A stretch of DNA of 63,124 nt, the filler included, from Octopus bimaculoides (lineage: Eukaryota): NCBI RefSeq assembly GCF_001194135.2. It is 5 parts of 4 records of this genome, joined end to end, with 100 filler letters (N's around TTAATTAATTAA, not from the genome) between each part and the next. Parts side by side here need not be neighbours in the genome. Positions count along the whole stretch, not along the records: positions 7,466 to 36,927 come from NC_068986.1; 4 more parts are not named here. One strand, 5' to 3'. The position numbers were made by a program, and so were the translations under genes. The stretch's first letter is position 1; each line of letters opens with the position of its first letter. Positions 11,785 through 24,983 of the stretch are shown piece after piece. The notes below the pieces were generated by a model. That model did not search any database. It was given only the letters and a program-made list of their open reading frames with translations, and was not told where the DNA came from.

Positions 11785-12020
11785 GTGTTGGTCTCTATCC
11801 CCTACCACTGCTTTGCGACCGGTGCTGGTTTGTTACGTTCCCGTAAGTTTGTGGTTCGGCTAAAAGAGACTGACAGATTAAGAAGGACTAGGCTTAAATA
11901 TATAATCACTGGGGTCGATTTGTTCGACTAGAAGAAGTCTCTTCAAGATGGTGTGCCCCAGTCGAATGACCACAGTCTAATGACCGCAGTCACATGACTA
12001 AAACTAATAAAAGATTAAAA
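11785..12020 (+). mobile_element. SINE family A 3' half (diverged)
   Basis: ggttcggctaaaagagac...ggggtcgatttgttcgact...atgactaaaac; probable partner of 10850-11005. Confidence 0.75.
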
Positions 12021-12204
12021 CTAATCAAAACACAAGTTAATCATGATGATACAATACGTGTTAGTATCAATGCTTAATAGATGAAATTCTAGCTATTCTT
12101 CCCTTCATCTGTGAATCAGTTCGATTTCTGGTAAAAACCAGATCGCTTTCACTTAAATCGATGATACATTTGCAAAGGTATGACCGTCACAAACTCACCT
12201 CCAT

Positions 12205-12310
12205 TTAATATTGATTTCAAATTTTTGCACAAGGACAGCAAGTTCAGGTGAAAGGGGTAAGTCGATTACATCAATCCCAACGCTCAACTGGTCCGAAATT
12301 ATATCCAAAG
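12205..12310 (-). mobile_element. SINE family D 3' tail
   Basis: Reverse complement of the accagttgag...gatgtaatcgacttacccc...cttgtgc.aaaatttgaaa tail found many times in the window. Confidence 0.75.
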
Positions 12311-12340
12311 GTCTTTTAAAATATGGGGTTTTGTTGTTAT

Positions 12341-12627
12341 TGTTGGCACTCTGTCGCTTACGACGTCGAGGGTTCCAGTTGATCCGATCAACGGAACAGC
12401 CTGCTCGTGAAATTAACGTGCATGTGGCTGAGCACTCCACAGACACGTGTACTCTAAACATAATTCTCGGGGATATTCAGCGTGACACAGTGTGACAAGG
12501 CTGACCCTTTGAATTACATGCACAACAGAAACAGGAAGTAAGAGCGAGAGAAAGTTGTGGTGGAAGATTACAGCACGATTTTATGACCGCGAGTCCGCTG
12601 CCCTAACCACTGGGCCATTGCGCCTCC
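12341..12627 (-). mobile_element. SINE family B copy with internal deletion
   Basis: Closely similar to 1458-1834; head-proximal segment missing near 12575. Confidence 0.85.
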
Positions 12628-13019
12628 ACTAAAAAGTGGGGTACAACTTCGGTAAATGTAGTCCTAGATATAATGTTTGAAAATATAGAGAGATGGACAC
12701 GGAAAAACTGCCTTTGATCATTGGTCTGCTCGTTCGGTGCGGAGCTCAGCAACGACTGCAGCCTTTGTTAGAAATCTGTAATAGGACAACGAAATCTCTA
12801 CATGGTTTCTCAACCTTCTAGAAATAATAACCAAATCTCTCTCAAATCACTCAACAGAATCATAAAAGAAATGAAAGACACATTAGATAGAAGTGATTCG
12901 TTTTCATATAATGATCATTACAAACTCTTGTATGGCTTTTGTTGTGATAGCAAAAACAAACGAAAGTTATTCTTTTTTTCATTTTTCTGCTTGTTCTTTA
13001 TTTTTGTGATTTTGTTTTT

Positions 13020-13151
13020 TAATTTCTTTCCTTCTTTCTGTATTTTTCTTTCATTTTTTTCTTTCATTTTTTTCTTTCTTTATTTTCTTGCTTTTCTTCA
13101 TTCCTCTTTCTTCTTTCTTTCTTTCTTTCTTTCCTTCTACCTACCTTTTTC

Positions 13152-13189
<38 letters not shown>

Positions 13190-13281
13190 GCCTACCCTTT
13201 TCCTTTCTTTCTTTCCTTCTTTCTTTCTTTCCTTCTTTCTTTCTTTCCTTCTTTCTCTCTTTCCTTCTTTCTTTCTTTCCT

Positions 13282-13324
<43 letters not shown>

Positions 13325-14185
13325 GCCTGCCTTTTTCCTTTCTTTCTTTCCTTCCTTCCTTCTTTCTTTCTTTCTTTCTTTCTTTCTTTCCGCCTACCTT
13401 TTTCCTTTCTTTCTTTCCTTCCTTCCTTCCTTCCTTCCTTCTTTCTTTCTTTCTTTCTTTCCGCCTACCTNNNNNNNNNNNNNNNNNNNNNNNNNNNNNN
13501 NNNNNNNNNNNNNNNNNNNNNNNNNNNNNNNNNNNNNNNNNNNNNNNNNNNNNNNNNNNNNNNNNNNNNNNNNNNNNNNNNNNNNNNNNNNNNNNNNNNN
13601 NNNNNNNNNNNNNNNNNNNNNNNNNNNNNNNNNNNNNNNNNNNNNNNNNNNNNNNNNNNNNNNNNNNNNNNNNNNNNNNNNNNNNNNNNNNNNNNNNNNN
13701 NNNNNNNNNNNNNNNNNNNNNNNNNNNNNNNNNNNNNNNNNNNNNNNNNNNNNNNNNNNNNNNNNNNNNNNNNNNNNNNNNNNNNNNNNNNNNNNNNNNN
13801 NNNNNNNNNNNNNNNNNNNNNNNNNNNNNNNNNNNNNNNNNNNNNNNNNNNNNNNNNNNNNNNNNNNNNNNNNNNNNNNNNNNNNNNNNNNNNNNNNNNN
13901 NNNNNNNNNNNNNNNNNNNNNNNNNNNNNNNNNNNNNNNNNNNNNNNNNNNNNNNNNNNNNNNNNNNNNNNNNNNNNNNNNNNNNNNNNNNNNNNNNNNN
14001 NNNNNNNNNNNNNNNNNNNNNNNNNNNNNNNNNNNNNNNNNNNNNNNNNNNNNNNNNNNNNNNNNNNNNNNNNNNNNNNNNNNNNNNNNNNNNNNNNNNN
14101 NNNNNNTGTTTGTTTGTTTGTTTCTTTCTTTCTTTCCCCCTACCTTTTTCCTTTCTTTCCTTCCTTCCTTCCTTCCTTCCTTCCT

Positions 14186-14223
<38 letters not shown>

Positions 14224-14251
14224 TACCTTTTTCCTTCCTTCCTTCCTTCCT

Positions 14252-14297
<46 letters not shown>

Positions 14298-14350
14298 TTC
14301 CTTCCTTCCTTCCTTCTTTGTTTGTTTGTTTGTTTGTTTCTTTCTTTCTT
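13020..14350. repeat. (CTTT/CCTT)n tract spanning an N gap, with a recurring ctaccttttt subunit
   Basis: Direct reading of sequence. Confidence 0.95.
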
Positions 14351-14359
14351 TCTTTCAAG

Positions 14360-14402
14360 GCTCCCATAGCCAGCATTCGTCTCATTTCTCAATTCCTGCA
14401 CA
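14360..14402 (+). CDS. Candidate exon (GSHSQHSSHFSIPAQ, or APIASIRLISQFLH)
   Basis: Acceptor ttctttcaag, donor ACA|gtaagt; the phase-1/2 frame joins in frame to 19660. Confidence 0.35.
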
Positions 14403-15791
14403 GTAAGTGTTCAGCCATTCTCTTTATACTACGTTCAACTCTGTCGCCTTTCCACCCCTCTGTCTTCGTAGCTCATCTGCTCATTGCTATATCTGTACAG
14501 TTATTATTGCCAATATGCTTATCAATAAAGTTGTCGATAACGTCATGTGTTTGCTTGTTTACTTGTTTGTTTGTTTATTTGGTACAGTTTATCTTCGAAT
14601 ATTAGTATTTCTGCATTCACTTCCTTTCGAGCAGAAAAGAAAAGTATCAGTCACATCTAAAGTTTTTCAGTTTAATCATTCCGTGACAAGTAAGATATAT
14701 TTTGCAATGATATTATTTTTCATTGGATTTTATTTTTATTTCTTTATATTCAAGTAAAGCCAAATACATTATATCGAAGAAATCCTATCTCATTTTCGTT
14801 ATATGTCATGTTCTCGAAATTTCTACATGATAAAATTGAAACAAATGGAATTTTCTTAACTAGAAGTGAATAAATATGGTAATTCAAGATAGGAAGCCAC
14901 CTAAATATATAAAATGTTCTGTATTTAAAAGTAAAAGTCAGTTTCTATGGTGGGTCGCCATAGACAAGATGGCGGCAAACATCTAAGCGTTTCAGTAAGA
15001 AAGGCCAACACAGTTTATCCTTCTCCGGCATCGGCTACCATATTTACTGATTCAAAATGAAACACTTCCAGTGTTGTTTATTTATGGCAATGTGTATGAG
15101 TTACTGTATGTGCATATACGTAGGTACGCATATATGTATGTATGCATGCATGTGTGCACGTATGTATTATATGTGCATATATGTTGGTAGGTATGTATAT
15201 ATGTATGATATACATGTAGGCATACATGCATGTTTGTATGTATGACGCTTGAATGCATACATTTATGAATGTATGTATACAATACGTTTATGTGCGTGCA
15301 TGCATATAAGTTTATATGTAATCTATATATACGCATGTATGCATGCACATATGTATGTATGCATTCAAATATATATGTAATATGTATATACACGTTCATA
15401 TATGCGTGCACGTACGCATGCATTCTATTACGTATATATGTAATATGAATATAGGTATCCATGTACGTATGGACGTATGCATATATGCATGTAAGTATGT
15501 ATCTATGTAAGCTGTTTTCGTTGATTTACCATTTATTTTTATCTGTGAAGTGTTGGATTAAAAATTCAGTTGAAACATTTCACAATTTGATTTCGTTTAC
15601 ATATCACTAAAGAAAGAAAATAAAAATGAACGAAAAACAAAATAATGAAAGCGGAACGCGCCGTTTCTAATATATGAAAGATGATGGTACATACTTTGAA
15701 ACTAACGACAGCGTATGAGTGGATATAGACAAGTCAGTTTGTATATGCGTGCGAGTGAATGTGTGTGCTTGTTTGTGTGGTGTTTGTGTAT

Positions 15792-15832
<41 letters not shown>

Positions 15833-16153
15833 TTTGTGTATATAGTTTGTGTATGTATGTGTGGATATAGACGAGTCAGTTTGTATATGCATGCGTGTGT
15901 GTGTGTGCGTGTGTGTATGTGTATGTGTGTGTAGTATGTTGTGTGAAAGAGAAAATAAGATAAAGTTGACAGAATCATCAAAAGCTGAAACAAAGAGCGA
16001 AAGTGTGTGTGTCTGTGTGTATCAGAGAGAGAGAGAGAGAGGGGGGGAGAGAGAGAGAGAAAGAGAGATAGAGAGAGAGAGAGAGAGAAAGAAAGAGAGA
16101 GAAAGAGAAAAAGAGAGAGAGAGAGAGAGAGAGAGAAAAAGAGAGAGAGAGAG

Positions 16154-16191
<38 letters not shown>

Positions 16192-16438
16192 NNNNNNNNN
16201 NNNNNNNNNNNNNNNNNNNNNNNNNNNNNNNNNNNNNNNNNNNNNNNNNNNNNNNNNNNNNNNNNNNNNNNNNNNNNNNNNNNNNNNNNNNNNNNNNNNN
16301 NNNNNNNNNNNNNNNNNNNNNNNNNNNNNNNNNNNNNNNNNNNNNNNNNNNNNNNNNNNNNNNNNNNNNNNNNNNNNNNNNNNNNNNNNNNNNNNNNNNN
16401 NNNNNNNNNNNNNNNNNNNNNNNNNNNNNNNNNNNNNN

Positions 16439-16484
<46 letters not shown>

Positions 16485-17735
16485 CAGGGAGAGAGACAGA
16501 GATGAGAAAATTTGCAGAAGATAGCAAAACAAAAAGTGTAAAAGCAAAAGGAAATATCAATAATAATGATAATGATGATGATGATGATTCGAAACTAAAA
16601 TCAACAAACGAAATTATTTTCATTGAAATAAACGCTACTCAAAAAGCGCGGTGACGGCAAAACCATCATTTGGACAGTACGAGTTGCGTCGGTTGTCGAT
16701 TACTTCTGAAGATACTGTATGGCTTTATCAAACATTCAATGACATTAAATACTCATAAAAGCACAAGATAGACGGGAAATCTTTCTACACCTTTATTTAT
16801 TTTGCTTTGGTCTTTCTTCCTCTCTTGGGCGATTTTCTCAGCAGACAGATAGATTTTCAAGTAGACACAAGCACCGAAAAGCTAATAGAAGAGTCCTCCT
16901 ATGGCGATTGCTAAAACAAAAATAAAACAACAACAACAACAACAAAAATAAAATACCAACAAAACTTGTAGACGTTTGAGCAGGGATATAAAGGAACAAA
17001 GAACTTTTTTTTAAAAATTCTTTTAATTGCCACGACTTGACGTTCTACTATATATTACCAAAGTGACAGTATGGCTAGACAACATTATTCGGACAATTTT
17101 CCAATGACTTCTACTCAACGTCTTTAACAGACATTAAACAAACGAAGAAAATTAATTTCAGCTATGAGTAGATTTGAACTTGACTTCATTTCGCCCTGGA
17201 GATTATTGCTTTATCGATGAACTAAATCGATAATCTCTGGTCTCTGTTTCTCTTTCTCACTCCCTACTCTCACTTTCACGCTTGCTCTATATGTCTTTGT
17301 CTCTCTCTTTCTCTTTCGCTCCCTCTCTCACTCATCCTCTGCCTGTCATCGTCTCTCTTACTCTCTCGTCAAACAAGAAGATATTGTTTTGTTGTCTCTT
17401 TTTCAAGATCAATATTCTATGCACAGAAGTTAACATCTTTAATTTGAAAGTCTCCAAGTTATAGGTAAATAATTTTTCATTGATATATATATATATATAT
17501 ATATATATGCTGACCTCCCCTGTTCGAAGGTTATAAAGGACACAGGTTTCGTGTGTCACATAGCTAGCTAGAGGCGATGGCTTCTTGGAGCTAATTCACG
17601 GCAGCTTTCGTCCTAATTTTGGGACTGCCATGTTGGCTTGGCGATAACTATTAATTTCCAGTACCGCTGCCGTAGTCTCCTTTAGAGAGACTTAGAAATA
17701 TTAATAACTCTATTATATATATATATATATATATG

Positions 17736-17788
<53 letters not shown>

Positions 17789-18237
17789 CGATATAAGAAG
17801 CCGTTTATTATAATTATGGATAAAATTGGCTTCAAATTTTGGCACAAGGCCAGCAATTTCAGGGGAGGGGTTAAATTGATTACATCGATCCTAGTGTTCA
17901 GCTGGAACTTATTTTATCGACTTCATGCTAAGCACTTTTTCCAACACCATAACGATTCTACCAGTTTGTCGCCTTGTAATTATGGATTATATCATCAACT
18001 AGTTATTGCTATCAAAACTTTCAAGTTAAACGCTACATAATCATACAACATATTGCTTATAATCACCACAGACATCAACAAAAGCAAACAATCTATGGAG
18101 ACGTAGTAAGTGTGTGGTGATTCCTATGAATGACAGTAATTTGCAGTTATGAGTGCATTAATATGTGAGAATCCCATTTAAGCCGAATATTTTCTTGTTA
18201 ATCATCAAGAATATATAACACTCGCAGAAAAGGAATC

Positions 18238-19030
18238 AGATCTCTTCAGCTTCGCTCACAGATTTTAAAAAATTATCTTTCTTTAACTAAACAGCTTGAA
18301 ACTTCGTGTACTAGTGTAATTTCTCACGCTGAACACGGTTTACGTTCAATATTTTTGACGTTATTTCTTGTTAAAGAGGTCGTATTTGCCTAATTTTAAC
18401 CAATCAACGATGTGTATTCAGCTGAAGAAAGCTACGGCTGTATGCGACAGTAATTGAAGAGCAACAATTTCCAAGTCATCTCAACTAAATGTCACCACTC
18501 TGTTCTATTTTAGTTTTATTTACTGCTTGTGTTGCATATTACACGCTTTTATTTTGCTTTACTATCACCTCTTTGTACATTTGCATTTCACCACTCGTAC
18601 AAAGAGGCGATCGAAAAGCAAAAAAACAAAACAAAAAAACAAACAAACAACAAAACAAAACGTGTATATGCAACACAGGCAGTAAACAAAAATAAAATAG
18701 AACAGAATGGGGACATTTAGTAGAGATGACCCAGAAGTTGTTGCTCTTCGATTACTATCGCATACAGCAATAGCTTTCTTCAGGTGAATACACGTCGGTG
18801 CATACAGCAATAGCTTTCTTCGGGTGAATACACGTCGTTGATTGGTCAAAATTACCCAAATACGACAACTTTAACGCGAAATAATTTGTAAAATACGAAA
18901 TTTTGTCAAATATGTTGAAAGTAAACCGTGTTCAGCGTGAGAAATTACACTAGTATACGAAGTTTCAAACTGTTTATAGTTAAACAGAAAAAAATGATTT
19001 TAAAATCTGTGAGCAAAACTGAAGAGATCC
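18238..19030. mobile_element. Fold-back element with ~310-370 bp inverted arms
   Basis: 18238-18545 is the reverse complement of 18660-19030 (gatctcttcag... / ...ctgaagagatc; gtgtaatttctcacgctgaacacgg / ccgtgttcagcgtgagaaattacac). Confidence 0.85.
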
Positions 19031-19659
19031 AAGGAGTCATACGCTATGAGTGACGGTATGAGGATCAATGAGTGAGACGAGAGTTTGAGTGGCAGGGGGA
19101 AGAAGAACAACCAGGACGGATTATATTTTTACGTATCAATGCTAGAAACGTCTTCTGATTCAAGTTAAAACATTAGAATTAAAGTGTGTCCTATCTTATC
19201 ATCCAGTGATTACATGTACCTTACCTTTAATGCTATGAAGACCAACGTAGAAGGGCGGTAACAGAAAAGCAATCTTGCTGGCTTGCTGGTCTGTACTGCG
19301 CAACGCAACAATGTAACAAGATATCTTTTTATAGTTGAAGTACTTGAAATGAGTGTTTCCCAACCTGGATGCAAAGCTTTCATGGAATGAACGCAACACG
19401 CCCAGATAAAATACTTTCAAAACGACGCTTAAAGTAAGATTAGCCTTTATATATGTGTGTGTTAGTGTATGTGTTCTGTGTGTGTGTGTATGCACACACG
19501 CGCGTGCGTGTGAATGTATGTGTATATGAATATATGTACATACATATATACACACCTACAGTTATGTTTACAAACGAAAGAAAAGTGCACTCTGTACATG
19601 GTATGGGTAGGTTATATAAGTGTGTGTTTGTGTGTGTGCGCCTGCGTGAGTATATGTAG

Positions 19660-19744
19660 GGAACCATCTTTAAGCCAGATATCAGATAAGAGATCTAAGC
19701 GAAGAAAAATGGTTCCAGTTATTTCCCCTCAGCAATCCTTCAGT
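19660..19744 (+). CDS. Candidate exon (EPSLSQISDKRSKRRKMVPVISPQQSFS)
   Basis: ag|G start, donor AGT|gtaagt, single open frame, basic NLS-like KRSKRRK; acceptor tract is weak. Confidence 0.35.
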
Positions 19745-20555
19745 GTAAGTGTTGCAAGAATGTATATCTCGGATGTGCTTTTCGAGTGTTACACATTCAC
19801 CAAAGATGGTCACTAAAGATGGTCAGTTCAAATGAAGTGTTAAAGTTCGGACAATAATCTAACAATAGGAAACTATTATTCTGTCCCCTATTATAAGTAT
19901 TATGGTAGTAGCTCTAAGGTAGCTTTGTACACTTCGTAACTAGTTGTATCATATCGTGGTCAGATAATGGGAGAATATGTGGACCAGCAAAATAAAACCC
20001 GAAAGCGAGTGACACTTCCACCTGTACACATTGTATTTGTTACTCTCTTTTAAGACCCATTCTATTTCTTTCTGAATCCCCATAGCTAACTAGTCTTTAA
20101 TTCATCTACTATATGAATTCATTCACTCCTGACCTTGCTTCTCACTATTTATATTTAGCCTGTAACCTATATATAACTTACTTTCTTTTTTATTCATTCG
20201 CTTTTAACTGCTTCCCTTCTGTAAATGCTACGTGTCTCCTGGTGAGTAACTATATGTATAAATTCGCAGAAAATTTATTAACTGAAACATATTTCTTCCT
20301 GAAATAATTATATTTTCCAGTATCATTATATAATCTGGCAATTATTTGTTTTCAAATCTAATAATACACGCTCAGATACAAAGAACGAACAAGCCTTAAG
20401 TGAGTATCTTTCTTTTTGAGTAATAAATAAATCAAACTAGTAAGTAGGAAGATAGGTACAATGTGACAGTGGCCATCGTACGTAACCATGTGTTACTCAG
20501 CGATTTTCAATAATGTTTCAATGATGAGACATCTTTCAGTTATGAATTTTATAAC

Positions 20556-20690
20556 ATGGCTTCAGGGGTGAGTAACAACCCCCCAAAACAAGCGTGACCC
20601 CGTTGGTGAATGAAATATTGGAACTTGTAAGGAAGTCAGAGGCAGGAGCTTCAGTGGCGAATGTTTGAGAAGAGTATAATGTTACAAATT
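20556..20690 (+). mobile_element. Tigger/pogo transposase N-terminal HTH remnant
   Basis: Translates with disablements to MAS...EILELVRKSEAGASVANV*EEYNVT, resembling the CENP-B-type HTH of Tigger transposases. Confidence 0.5.
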
Positions 20691-20744
20691 AAATAATTTG
20701 GGGCATATACTAGGCTATAGATAAACTCACTACCTTTTGATGCT

Positions 20745-20890
20745 GATTTCAAATGTCTCCGAGCTCGACTTTGCCTTTCATCATTTTCAGGGTCGATAAA
20801 ATAAGGACTTGTTGAGTACTGGCGTCAATGTAATCGACTTATCCCCCGCCCCACCAAATTGTTGGTCTTGTGTCAAAACTTGAAACCAAT
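20745..20890 (+). mobile_element. SINE family D 3' portion
   Basis: tcgactttgcctttcatc...gggtcgataaaataag...tgtaatcgactt...cttgtgtcaaaac. Confidence 0.8.
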
Positions 20891-21469
20891 ATAATGTTGA
20901 TACAAATTCTAAATAATCATCTGTTGCTGCACGTAAGTGCTTGAGTTACTAGAGATACAAATTTCGAAGAGTGACACAGTGGTTCATTCATTAAAGATTA
21001 AGAGTGTCATAGTGGTTCATTCATAACAACTCTCGTGTTATGGAAATTCAAAAGGCTACCACCAAGTTAACTAGGTACAAGAGCATCAACAATTTCGCAA
21101 CTTGTGTTTGGTGGCTGTGATGATTTAGAAATTGCTTTGGAATAGGTAACTAGATAGGTGAAGCAAGTAGCGCACAACCACGGAAAACGAACAAAACGTG
21201 AAGAGGTTAAATGACTTACTTAAATGTGAAGGGTTCCCTAATTTCCCAGCTGTATAATGGAGATGAAAGCGAGTTGTATTAGCGGTCACTACTCCAGAAT
21301 ATTCAAACTTGTAACAATGAATATCCCATACGTGGCAATAAAGGAAGGTTTGTCGTTCTAGGTATGTACCTTTTAAGGTTAATGGTGTTAGATAGGTTAG
21401 CACGGATAGGAGTTTTAAAGAACATAATACACTGACTATCAGTGTACTATTTCCATTCCAAGACATCGT

Positions 21470-21760
21470 GGATGTCGTTGGATGAATCTGAGTTTCCAGA
21501 TTTGTTCTTCTTATGAACTTCTTGGGGCTTCGCAAGAGGTTTTGGCGAACCCGCTCAACCGTCTCTTCCGATGTTAGTGGTCGTCCAGATCCTTTTGCCC
21601 TGCACAGACAGATTTCCTCTTTTAATTTTTTGTGCCATGTCCAAATCTGCATTGCCGTTGGTGACTTTTTCTAGAACTCTCTCATAAATGCACGCTGCAC
21701 AGTCTTGTTCGACTGTGTTCGAGCATACTCCAACACACAAAACACCTTTTCTCTTACAGT
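21470..21760 (-). mobile_element. Tc1/mariner-superfamily transposase N-terminal remnant
   Basis: KVFCVLEYARTQSNKTVQRAF ... KGSGRPLTSEETVERVRQNLLRSPKKFIRR (HTH linker GRP motif), frameshifted. Confidence 0.75.
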
Positions 21761-22774
21761 GAATGCCATTTCTATCCCTGAAAAGATAAACATATCAAAC
21801 ATAAAGCATAAAACCTTGACCTGTTTCTACACATGCTATTAAAATTTGAAGTCATTTGAGCAAGAACTNNNNNNNNNNNNNNNNNNNNNNNNNNNNNNNN
21901 NNNNNNNNNNNNNNNNNNNNNNNNNNNNNNNNNNNNNNNNNNNNNNNNNNNNNNNNNNNNNNNNNNNNNNNNNNNNNNNNNNNNNNNNNNNNNNNNNNNN
22001 NNNNNNNNNNNNNNNNNNNNNNNNNNNNNNNNNNNNNNNNNNNNNNNNNNNNNNNNNNNNNNNNNNNNNNNNNNNNNNNNNNNNNNNNNNNNNNNNNNNN
22101 NNNNNNNNNNNNNNNNNNNNNNNNNNNNNNNNNNNNNNNNNNNNNNNNNNNNNNNNNNNNNNNNNNNNNNNNNNNNNNNNNNNNNNNNNNNNNNNNNNNN
22201 NNNNNNNNNNNNNNNNNNNNNNNNNNNNNNNNNNNNNNNNNNNNNNNNNNNNNNNNNNNNNNNNNNNNNNNNNNNNNNNNNNNNNNNNNNNNNNNNNNNN
22301 NNNNNNNNNNNNNNNNNNNNNNNNNNNNNNNNNNNNNNNNNNNNNNNNNNNNNNNNNNNNNNNNNNNNNNNNNNNNNNNNNNNNNNNNNNNNNNNNNNNN
22401 NNNNNNNNNNNNNNNNNNNNNNNNNNNNNNNNNNNNNNNNNNNNNNNNNNNNNNNNNNNNNNNNNNNNNNNNNNNNNNNNNNNNNNNNNNNNNNNNNNNN
22501 NNNNNNNNNNNNNNNNNNNNNNNNNNNNNNNNNNNNNNNNNNNNNNNNNNNNNNNNNNNNNNNNNNNNNNNNNNNNNNNNNNNNNNNNNNNNNNNNNNNN
22601 NNNNNNNNNNNNNNNNNNNNNNNNNNNNNNNNNNNNNNNNNNNNNNNNNNNNNNNNNNNNNNNNNNNNNNNNNNNNNNNNNNNNNNNNNNNNNNNNNNNN
22701 NNNNNNNNNNNNNNNNNNNNNNNNNNNNNNNNNNNNNNNNNNNNNNNNNNNNNNNNNNNNNNNNNNNNNNNNNN

Positions 22775-22822
<48 letters not shown>

Positions 22823-23079
22823 ATACATATATACATATATAGCATTAATGCCCGTCGTTGATTGTGTAATTGCTTTAACTCTTTCTCGGGAGTTACATTC
22901 AAAGTGTTACTATATAGAGAGATTTACTCCTCCTGTATGTGTGTATTTTATAAGAAAAAGAAATAATAATTGAAGTAGAAAAAAGATCAATTTCATACAC
23001 GAACTTCTGTTTGTTTATTATACGACAATAATAAGTGAGTTGTATGTGTTATTCTATATATCAATACAGTAATGGCAAT

Positions 23080-23200
23080 TACATATTACACAAGGCTTTG
23101 GTCTGCATGGAACTGTAATGAAAGAAAATTGCCCAACGTGCTGCACAGTGGGATTGAACCCAAGGCGACATGGTTGGAAAGTAAGCTTCTCAACCATACA
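23080..23200 (-). mobile_element. SINE family A 5' half (highly diverged)
   Basis: cacaaggctttggtc...cagtgggattgaacc...catggttggaaagtaagcttct. Confidence 0.6.
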
Positions 23201-23347
23201 ATTTTCGATGAGACATTTTCGAGATACATTCTCGATGATATACTCCTTGATACAATATGTTTAACTAAAAGATGGGATATTTACGACGAGAAAACCTTTG
23301 ATTTTAATATTTACTCGAGCAACGCATCAACTAACAACGCTACACCA

Positions 23348-23700
23348 TACAGAGTGTTCCAGAATTAATTATCTGTTTCAATGAAATTGAGCAAATTAAA
23401 ATAAAAAAACTGACTGAATTTTATGTTTATTACCAAANNNNNNNNNNCATACTTCAAATCTCTCCTTAGCGTTGTGAAGCACATTTTGAAGCATTTCAGG
23501 AGTTAGTTCCTGCACTGCTAACTGAATGTGTTCTTTAAGTTCAGCTAATCTCACGGTAAAACAATAGTTTTTCTGTGAATGACAGCAGTTATACATTTCC
23601 CAGATGTCTTCGCTAACTAGAATAATGTCTTTGCATCTCGCCAACCTCCGAAAACCTCTCTCACCAACCTCTGACAATCTCTCCCTCCTCCTCCAGCTGA
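23348..23700 (-). mobile_element. Tc1/mariner transposase C-terminal remnant with 3' end
   Basis: LAELKEHIQLAVQELTPEMLQNV C-terminal motif; TA-flanked end tacagagtgttcc. Confidence 0.7.
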
Positions 23701-23829
23701 CAGTTTTTTGTACTTATTCGTGACGAAAATACACCTTTTGTGGCAGTTGTAACGAAATTGCTTTCTTATATCAGAGTAATAAGGCGTTTCAATAGAACAT
23801 CTTTATCCCCGGGAATTACCGGGTACACA

Positions 23830-24100
23830 AGCTAGTACATGCATACATAAAAACGACACACACATATATGTATACAGACATACATATACGCACGCACATA
23901 CATGCACACATAAGCACGAGGCGCACATATATGTGTACAAACATACAGATACGAACGCATATACACACACACATAAACACGACACACATATATGTATACA
24001 AATATACATATACGTATGCACATACATACACACATAAACACGATACGCACATACATGTATACAAACATACATATACCTACACATATACATACGCAACCAT
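23830..24100. repeat. ~55-bp CA/TA-derived minisatellite, 4-5 units
   Basis: Repeats of acacatatatgtataca.acatacatatacg...cataaacacg. Confidence 0.7.
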
Positions 24101-24334
24101 CTACACACCCACACATCCTCTTTCTTTACTCCTTTCATTGGACTGCGGCCATGCTGTCTGTCTGTATGTATGTATATATTTAGATACATACGTGCATGCA
24201 TACAAACACACACATATACATACAAACACAACACACATACCTACCTACATACATACATACACACATAAATATATACATACATACAGACAGACAGACAGAC
24301 AGACAGACAGACCACCTTGTAAGTTTAGTCGAGA

Positions 24335-24558
24335 GAGCAATTAGACCCAGTACTTATTCTATCTGTTAATTTTTACCGAACCGCTATATTACGGGGACAT
24401 AAACAAACCAATAGTGGTCGTCAAGCCTTGGTGGGACAAACACAAGCACGAAGACATACGAATACACACATACATACTCACACATTCATACATACATACA
24501 TACATACATACATACATACGTACATACATGCATGCATATGCATACATACATACATACA

Positions 24559-24592
<34 letters not shown>

Positions 24593-24750
24593 CACACACA
24601 GAGTTTCCATCAACCAAATTACTCAAAAGCCAATCAGTGGTCGGCCTAGGCTATAGTAGAAAGTCATTGCTCAAGGTGTCGCGCACTGGGGCTGAACTCG
24701 AAACTACATGCTTGCGAAACGAGCTTGTTAACCAAATAGTCATACCTGCG
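24335..24750 (-). mobile_element. SINE family A, full length with internal (CATA)n
   Basis: ccgaaccgct...ggggacataaac tail and ctcaaggtgtcgcgcactggggctgaactcgaaac head. Confidence 0.75.
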
Positions 24751-24944
24751 CATACATACATACATACATACATACATACATCCTTCCATCCATCCATCCA
24801 TCCATCCATCCATACATACACACACACACGTACTTAGATACATACGTGCATGCATACAAACACACACATATACATACAAACACAACACACATACCTACCT
24901 ACATACATACATACACACATAAATATATACATACATACATACAT

Positions 24945-24983
<39 letters not shown>

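Noticed and set aside
20540-20567. 28-nt exon candidate with GGG|gtgagt donor
   Set aside because: Overlaps the start of the Tigger-like transposase remnant.
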